Shown piece after piece: positions 56,105 through 64,000 of a DNA stretch of 64,000 nucleotides (positions are counted from its first letter, which is position 1; the number at the start of each line of letters is the position of its first letter). Source of the DNA: Eledone cirrhosa (Eukaryota); contig OZ024740.1 of the NCBI GenBank assembly GCA_964016885.1, forward strand, positions 157,790,001 through 157,854,000, read 5' to 3'. The position numbers were made by a program, and so were the translations under genes. Under the pieces are notes generated by a model. It saw only the letters and a list, made by a program, of their open reading frames with translations. It ran no database searches and was not told the DNA's origin.

Positions 56105-56935
56105 CCTCTCTATCTCTATCGATATCTACCTCTATCTATCCTCTCACTCTATTCATTACCACCAAACTCCCCGCTCTCTATATCTACTATATGGAGCTCT
56201 CTTCCAATCCCTCTTTCTATACCAAGTAACACCAAACTCTCCCCCCTTTATATGTACTACTGTAGTTCCACCACCGCTGATATATATATGGTGTTACTTG
56301 ATATAGAAAGGGGGATGGGAAGAGAGCTCCATATAGATATATAGAGCGGGGAGTTTGGTGTTTATGAATAGAGTGAGAGGATAGATAGAGGTAGGTATTG
56401 ATATATATAGAGAGAGTGTTGGGAGAGTGTGTTGTATATTACATATAGAGAGGGGGAGAGTTTGGTGTTAATTGATATGGAGGGATATTGGAAGAAAGTT
56501 CCATGTCGTAGATATAGAGAGGGGGAGTTTGGTGTTAATTGATATAGAGAGGTATATCGGGAGAGAGTACGGAATAGTAGATATAGAGAGGGGGAGACTG
56601 TGGTGTTAATCGATATAAAGAGGGGAATTGGAAGAGAGTTTCGTGTAGTAGATATAGAGAGGGGGGGAAGTTTGGTGGTAATTATTATATAGAGGGGAAT
56701 GGGGAAAGACAGTGTCGTAAAAAGATAGAGGGGGAGTTTGTGATGAATAGAGAGAGAATGATTACGAGAAAGTGTGGTAGAGAATTCGCGGGGAAGATTT
56801 TAGAGAAGATTGATATAAAGAGGGGTGTTGGGTGAGTGCTTTGCATGCTGGATATAGGGAGGGGAGAATTAGGTGGTTGTATATATATAGAGAAAGGATA
56901 GTGCAAGAGTGCCGTATAGTAGACATAGAGAGGGT
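56105..56935. repeat. Inverted repeat running into a ~65-bp purine-rich minisatellite
   Basis: Arms ~56105-56234 / 56289-56416; repeated GATATAGAGAGGGGGAGAGTTTGGTGTTAATT units. Confidence 0.75.
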
Positions 56936-57210
56936 CCCAAATAATAGTAGGGGTGGGAATAAGGGGAGGGAGAGCTTGGGAAATCGGTAATTGTGTAGTT
57001 TACGTTCGTAAATATGGGATTTCTAGTAATGTTCTTTTTTTGTCGTATATAGTGGGGGTTTTTTAATGTAAAATAAAATAATTAGCCCTGAGAGTACGTG
57101 AATTATTGAAGAACGTAAGAATGAAAACTCAATACCGAAGTAGAGTTCAAATATTCATTTATTATGAAAGGGTACAGAGCATTATTTTTTTTCACATTAT
57201 ATATATATAT

Positions 57211-57412
57211 AACGAAGGAATTGTGGTAAGGAACCAGATGGACCATAACGCACCAGATTACTTAATACTTAGGGTAGTAGAGTGGGAAATAGGAAAAAGT
57301 ATGACCCCGACGGCAGAGCTCAAGCCGTTTCGACGGCTATTTCTGGACATTTGAGTCCAGAAATAGCCGTCGAAACGGCTTGAACTCTGCCGTCGGGGTC
57401 ATACTTTTTCCT

Positions 57413-57413
<1 letters not shown>
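57211..57413. mobile_element. ~200-bp asymmetric hairpin element, copy 3
   Basis: Arms 57290-57348 / 57355-57413; same 5' start AACGAAGGAATTGTGGTAAGGAACCAGATGGACC as copy 2. Confidence 0.88.
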
Positions 57414-57506
<93 letters not shown>

Positions 57507-58122
57507 TTAATTCAGGGACGGTAGAACTTGTATTTTTCTCCCCAAACTACCAAAACACACATCTATTTGGATATGCGCTACAATTCATGTACATGTTATG
57601 TTCATCGCATATCGTACAAAGAGCTAAACTAATCACTACAACTAAATTGACCAAATCCCCACTCCCATTCAGAAGTGCTTCCACCGCCTCTGTACATATA
57701 TATATGTATATTTTACTATAATTTATTTTGGCATCGTGATGAGATGCGTTACTCTAGAGTCCCACATGTGTACTCACAGGCTCATCAGACAAAATAGAGT
57801 AACCTAGACTAGCAAAGACGAAAAAAAAACAGAACCCGAAGAACAATCTGGTTCATACCACTTTTCTCATTGAATGTCAAAAAAAAACATCGGCAGAACA
57901 TTCTTAGCCACTCTTACAGGAACATATTTAACAGACGCAACCATAAAGTTAGTTCCAGCTCAATGTCCAACTTTAAATCAATTATAGCCAGTAAGCCGGA
58001 TGCTCATGTATAATCAGAAATACGTGTAGATAAATATGTGTGTGCTTGTGTACGAATACCATGTGTGTTAGTGAGTATATGTACATATATATGTGTGTGT
58101 GTGTGTGTGTGTAAAAATTGTT

Positions 58123-58502
58123 TAAAGTTTGTTATAGGAATATATAAGATATGTTTATGCGTAAATATTTGAAAGCTTTTAACTATGAATCTTAAATGAT
58201 GACTGACACAATCTACTTTGTTCTAGCAGAAGCAAGGGGGAAGCAACCGGTGCTGTTTCTGGCTGTGTGGCAGTTAAAACTCTTTTTGTTTTTGGCTTAT
58301 TTGCGTTCCAGTATAAAACTAGGAAGGGTGCGTAACCTTGACAACGGCCACACAGTCAGAAACAGCACTGTCGGTTGCTTCCTCATTGCTTCTGCTGGAA
58401 CAAGCTATATGTTGTCAGTCATCATCTTTAAGATTAATAGCTTAAGGCTTTCAACTGTTTACTCATAAACATATCGTATATTATCTATACAAAAACTTTA
58501 CA
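58123..58502. mobile_element. MITE-like element with ~150-bp imperfect terminal inverted repeats
   Basis: 58123-58271 / 58347-58500; no ORF. Confidence 0.72.
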
Positions 58503-58844
58503 TGTATGTATATAGCTATGTTGGTGCAAACATTGGATTTCCTACCTATAGTTGCTCGCATATTGCTCGGTTTGGTGGGGTTTTTTCGCTGTTTTGTAAC
58601 TGTTTTCTCTTTTCTTCCTCATTGCTTTCCTTCTCTCCTTCTTCCGTTTTCCTAATAACTTACCCAGTTATTGAACGCCTTGGGCGGTAGATATCTTGTC
58701 TTTAAAGCGTAGAAATATCTGAGACCCCCAGTAGACAACTGATGAGGAAAATTACCCCCCCCCCTCCGCCCGTTCTTGCTTTCTTCGTATTCCCAGTGCA
58801 TTTTAAGTTACCTTAAATAGCAACTACACAGCCATTTCTATTCT

Positions 58845-59020
<176 letters not shown>

Positions 59021-59027
59021 TATATAT

Positions 59028-59235
59028 ATGAATATATGTATAGCATATTTGGCAATATACTGTATGCTTAATTAAAAATATTTTGAAGACCTTGCGCTAT
59101 TATTTTAAAGTAGTGACCACACTACTTTAAAATAATAGCGCAAGGTCTTCAAATGTTTTTAATTAAGCATACAGTATATTGCCAAATATACTATACATAT
59201 ATTCATGTATACATCGCTATTTCAGAGCACCAATC

Positions 59236-59240
<5 letters not shown>
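59028..59240. mobile_element. Fold-back insertion in (TA)n, related to 20722-20757
   Basis: Arms 59028-59115 / 59120-59206, 4-nt loop, unpaired extension to 59240. Confidence 0.88.
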
Positions 59241-59314
<74 letters not shown>

Positions 59315-59544
59315 ACGCGTGGCCAGTGTTTCTTTATTATGCTATAACATTCTATAGAGTAAACTTATAGATGTTAGCTCATTAAAACCAAATAGATAGG
59401 ACCATGTTGGTGTAGATTCATAATATAGCCCTATTTTGAGATAAACAATGTAGAATCACAAGGCTCAAGAAAAGTGCGGTATGTTTAGGGCTGGAACGTC
59501 TTTCCTTATAGATCAGATCCTCAGTTGAGGAAGACCAGGTGAAA

Positions 59545-59830
59545 AACAACAACAACGACGACGGCAACAACAGCAATAACAACAAAAGCAACAGCAACAA
59601 CAACAACAACGACGACGACAACAACAACAACGTCGACGACGACAACAACAACAACGACGACGACAACAACAAAAGCAACAACATCAACAACAACAACAAC
59701 AACGACAACGACAACAACAACAACAACAACAACAGCAACAGCAACAACTTGAACGATGACGACGACGTCAACTATATGTACAATAACAATGACAAGAGCA
59801 GTAACAACAACAGTAACGACGACAACGACA
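59545..59830. repeat. (AAC/GAC)n microsatellite
   Basis: Direct inspection; probably an expanded SINE tail. Confidence 0.9.
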
Positions 59831-60063
59831 AGAACGAAATGCTTGTAGAAAATATCGACTCATGACTTCAGAATAATCAATATGGGGTCGATCTGACTAA
59901 TGACAGAAGTCTCTACGTGAGTGTTGGGTCTGCTTAGAATAGAAACAAAATGTTTTGAAATCACATCTTGAAAACAGGAAAGAACCCATTAGAAAATATA
60001 GCATTAGATACCCCAACAAAGAACATTTGATCATAAGTTTACTCAATCAGTTTTACCCGGAGC

Positions 60064-60168
60064 TAATAATTGTTTCTACTTTTGGCACAAGGCCAGCAAT
60101 TATCTCAGTGTATTACTGGTACTTTATTTTATCGATCCCGTAAGGATGAAAGGCAAAGTTAACCTCGG
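60064..60168 (-). mobile_element. Truncated SINE (Nin-like core)
   Basis: Reverse complement of the 14-kb consensus. Confidence 0.8.
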
Positions 60169-60804
60169 AAACAAACAAGCAACAATAACAATAACAACGG
60201 CCTTATTTACGTGGTCGCTCAACTTGCAAGAAATAACAGCTAAATGTCCTACTCATTATACTGTGCCATCTTAAAAAAAAAAAAGACATGATGGATAACG
60301 TAATCATGAAAACAAATGACAGGAATGTCATAATTGGAACGCCGCTTTCATTATAAGGATTTGCTCGATCAGACAGAGTTGAGCAGGAACAAAGCAACTT
60401 AAAACTAAAATACCTTGAGTATAATTATAATTAGTTATGTCAATAATCAATAATCAATACAATCACGTGATCGATATAATTGATCAATTTTATTTTCTAA
60501 CGAGTAGGGTTTCGTTAGATGTCCCGATCACTTACCTACAAGCCCTTCCCCATTTACCATGATGTTACGTCATTGAAACACCCATTTCACCCATTAACGA
60601 ACAGAACATAATTACGAGGTAAAACAAAATGAAAAAGTTTGCGTCATTGAATATTAGTTGCTAGGCTTTGAATTAAATGCTTTGCGTCAGTTTCTCCGAC
60701 TCGCTGTGTTCCGACTTGCTGTGTTCTGGCACGCTGAGTTCAAATCTCGCCAATGTCAACTTTACCTTTCATTCATTCGGGGTTGATAAATAAATTATCC
60801 CTCC

Positions 60805-60905
<101 letters not shown>

Positions 60906-61869
60906 CCTCTCTCTCTTTCTGCATGTCAAATTATAATAACGTATTTTGTGCACATTTGAATGTTTCAAGCTACGTCTATATACGTTACAGAAAGTGTTTC
61001 TCTGTTTCTCGTGTTTTGTGTATGTATGTCATTTTGCTGGACTAGATATTTGTGAGTCCACATACACACGGTGGGCTCTGTGTATGTACATATGTACTTC
61101 TACTCAGGAAAGAAGAAATCGGAAGATCTCAGATGACCTGGAGAATGAAGGGCTCCGCCAAGTTTAAATGACCATGAAATATTTCGAAGACGTTCCTACA
61201 TTAACGGCTTCAATCCAACTCCTCGAAATCCTGCCTTTTACCATAACATCGGATCCAACCAATCCTTCTCACTGTAACAGCGAAGGCAGAAACTATGTGG
61301 AAGCACGTCGGGTAAACTATACCTCTAATTCAAAAGTCCAGCCTTGTCACATATTGTGCTACGCTGATTCTGCTTGAGTATTACTTACGCTGTACTTAAC
61401 CACTCACTGATAATGGTTTCCATTTGAGGTACAATGTCGGCAATGCGATAAAAGGATACAATCAATTAAATTGTCCTCAATACTTGACCAGTTCTTTATT
61501 TTATCGATTCTCGAATGATGAAAGGCAGGGATTTGAGCTCAGGGCGTAAAAACATCGGAACAATTACCATAAAACATCTGATACTCTGCGAATTCACCAC
61601 CCTTACCTAATTTCAGAGAGGTGAAAAGTCAATTAAATCGACTCAACTACATTGTTGGTTATATGAACTCCGTAATTCCTCTGGTATAGCAATTATTTAG
61701 CAATTATACCATGATTCATTTTACAGCTTGATAACTTGCAGTTGTGTTTCTGGTGAGCGAACGAAGGTAATGGTACACTGTGACCACAAAAAGACAAGAC
61801 ATTGTGGTCTCGAATACTATACTTTTATGTCATTGGTCAGTTCAATCAGGAATGACCTAGAGATAAACA

Positions 61870-62058
61870 ATAATTGTTTCTACTTTTGGCACAAGGCCAA
61901 CAAATCCCCAGTACATTACTGGTACTTTATTTTATCGACCCCGTAAGGATGAAAGGCAAAGTTAACCTCGACGGGATTTGAACTCAGACGGTAAAGGGAC
62001 GTAACTATGCTAGAAAGCATGGCGTCCAACCCTCTACCGATACTGCCAATTCACCGCA
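61870..62058 (-). mobile_element. tRNA-derived SINE (Nin-like core)
   Basis: Reverse complement of the 14-kb consensus; older copies at ~60725-60805 (+) and ~61420-61600 (-). Confidence 0.85.
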
Positions 62059-62736
62059 ACAATAATACCAACAACTACAAAATAGAAATAGCAGACAAAT
62101 CCTCTTTAGATTTCACCTTACCATTTTACGAAAGAAAAGAATATATCTAAAAGGCAGAAAAGGAAAACAGTCTCATCATAGGCCTGCTCAATCAGAGCTG
62201 TATTAGGGCTAAACAACAACAACAACAGCAACAACAGGAACAAAAATATCAGAGATTGATTCCATCTTGATACTGCAATGTTAAATGCACTTTGGAATCT
62301 AGAAGAAACATATATATAAACACACAAACACACATACACACATACACAATGACTTATATACATGCACATAAACACTAACACTCATACACAGATACGCACA
62401 TATTCACAAACACAAAAACTCACATACATGCACATACACACACATTGACCCAACGTACACTCACGCATGCGTAGACACAATACACACATGTACAGTAGCA
62501 TATAAGCTGTCGTGTTTCCATAATTTGTTTTCCAGTAATATAATTGTTCTTTCGAATCGTTTCCATCAACGACAAACCATAATTACGATGAATTTCCCAT
62601 TTAGATTACATCCATTCGTTAATGGCTCTCTATATGTGAGTATGTATGTATCTATGTATGCATGTATATATGTATGAGCATATATATATATATATCAACA
62701 CACACATATATATATATATGTGTGTGTGTGTGTATT

Positions 62737-62798
<62 letters not shown>

Positions 62799-62822
62799 AT
62801 ATGTATTTATGTATATATGTAT

Positions 62823-62910
<88 letters not shown>

Positions 62911-62970
62911 ATTATATATATATATAATTGGTGTTGGATGCTTAAAGCGTTTGGTCGTATGAGCACTCGA

Positions 62971-63003
<33 letters not shown>

Positions 63004-63423
63004 CAAGATGCATATATATAGATACTTCCATATGTGTGTGGGTGTATATGCGAGTGTGTGGTTCCGCAGATTGTCCAATAATTAGATCTTGAGATGAAAA
63101 CATACTAAAGTACATATTCTATTGGAGAGATAAAAGAAACATTGTAAAACATCTGTTCCACTCTATGCCATGTTCGTTTGCTTATTCGTTTAATCCTTTA
63201 TTCTTTTATTGGTTTCAGTCATTAGACTGTAGGAATACAGTGGCACCCATTCATTTAGTCGATTATTTCGATGTTAATCTTTATTTTTATAAACTTTTGT
63301 ATTTATTTTATCTATCACTTTTAGTGCAACCGTTAATTTACAGGACATGATCACACACACAGACATGTAGACGTAAATAACAACTCAAACACCCGCACAC
63401 ATACACAAACACACACACACATG

Positions 63424-63455
<32 letters not shown>

Positions 63456-63674
63456 ATTATATATATATATGGTACTATTAAGTTAGACTGGCCGAAACCA
63501 ATCAAAGTTATATATGTATAAGAGTTAACCTAATATATCGCTTCCATATACTGTACCGATTGTGTTGTTATTTCTGTTTAGCTTTTTGAAGTTTTGGTGG
63601 TTAACCACTGGATAGAACTGGTTATTCCGTATAGTTAACCATAATGTAGTAGTAGGAAAAGCACGCGCACACAT

Positions 63675-63759
<85 letters not shown>

Positions 63760-63761
<2 letters not shown>

Positions 63762-64000
63762 ATACATAAACAGAGAAAGCCTTAAGCTATACTCTGATTG
63801 GCAACTATCTCACTCAACAAACTTTAGGATATACCTTAGTATAATCCCAATTATATGTTTGGGGTGCTAACTATATGTATTTTGTGGAAAGCCAGCTGTA
63901 TTATTTTATATGAGATACAATTAAAATTTAAATATATATCTCTCTTTCCAAACAATTGTTTCATTATAAGTTTTTTACAAGTTGGGATAATGTATCCGGG
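63760..64000 (-). mobile_element. Probable pLTR arm cut by the window end, containing the 3' half of an HHR
   Basis: Minus strand T-GAAA-CAATTG-TT-TGGAAA at 63945-63963; (TA)n flank. Confidence 0.5.

Noticed and set aside
58736-58790. CTGATGA in the 8350/58696 repeat as a hammerhead
   Set aside because: No stem II-GAAA-UH continuation in either copy

Overview
Eukaryotic, gene-poor, repeat-dense DNA, most likely from a cephalopod (Octopus-like SINE cores, very long (TA)n/(CA)n tracts). I can support no host protein-coding exon; almost all long ORFs in the track are microsatellite artefacts. Recognisable content: a near full-length degenerate Tx1/L1-clade LINE with a 19-bp TSD, an open 5'-truncated RTE ORF plus several RTE fragments and an RTE-derived non-autonomous element, HERO-type RLE fragments, two degenerate Penelope-like elements (RT + C-terminal GIY-YIG) with inverted pseudo-LTRs, many SINEs and two MITE-like elements. 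The main result is a dense set of (TA)n-flanked head-to-head fold-back insertions from about ten distinct families, most carrying minimal type-I hammerhead ribozyme (HHR) motifs that point outward from the symmetry axis. Six families share a variant core (U.U at the base of stem II, predicted cleavage after UU, mostly palindromic stem III). One family forms a ~430-bp non-coding tandem array with one HHR per unit that inverts mid-array (50211-52152) next to a Penelope-like element. It is a candidate retrozyme/circRNA system mobilised by Penelope-like RT. All motifs were read by eye; no folding, alignment or database search was run.
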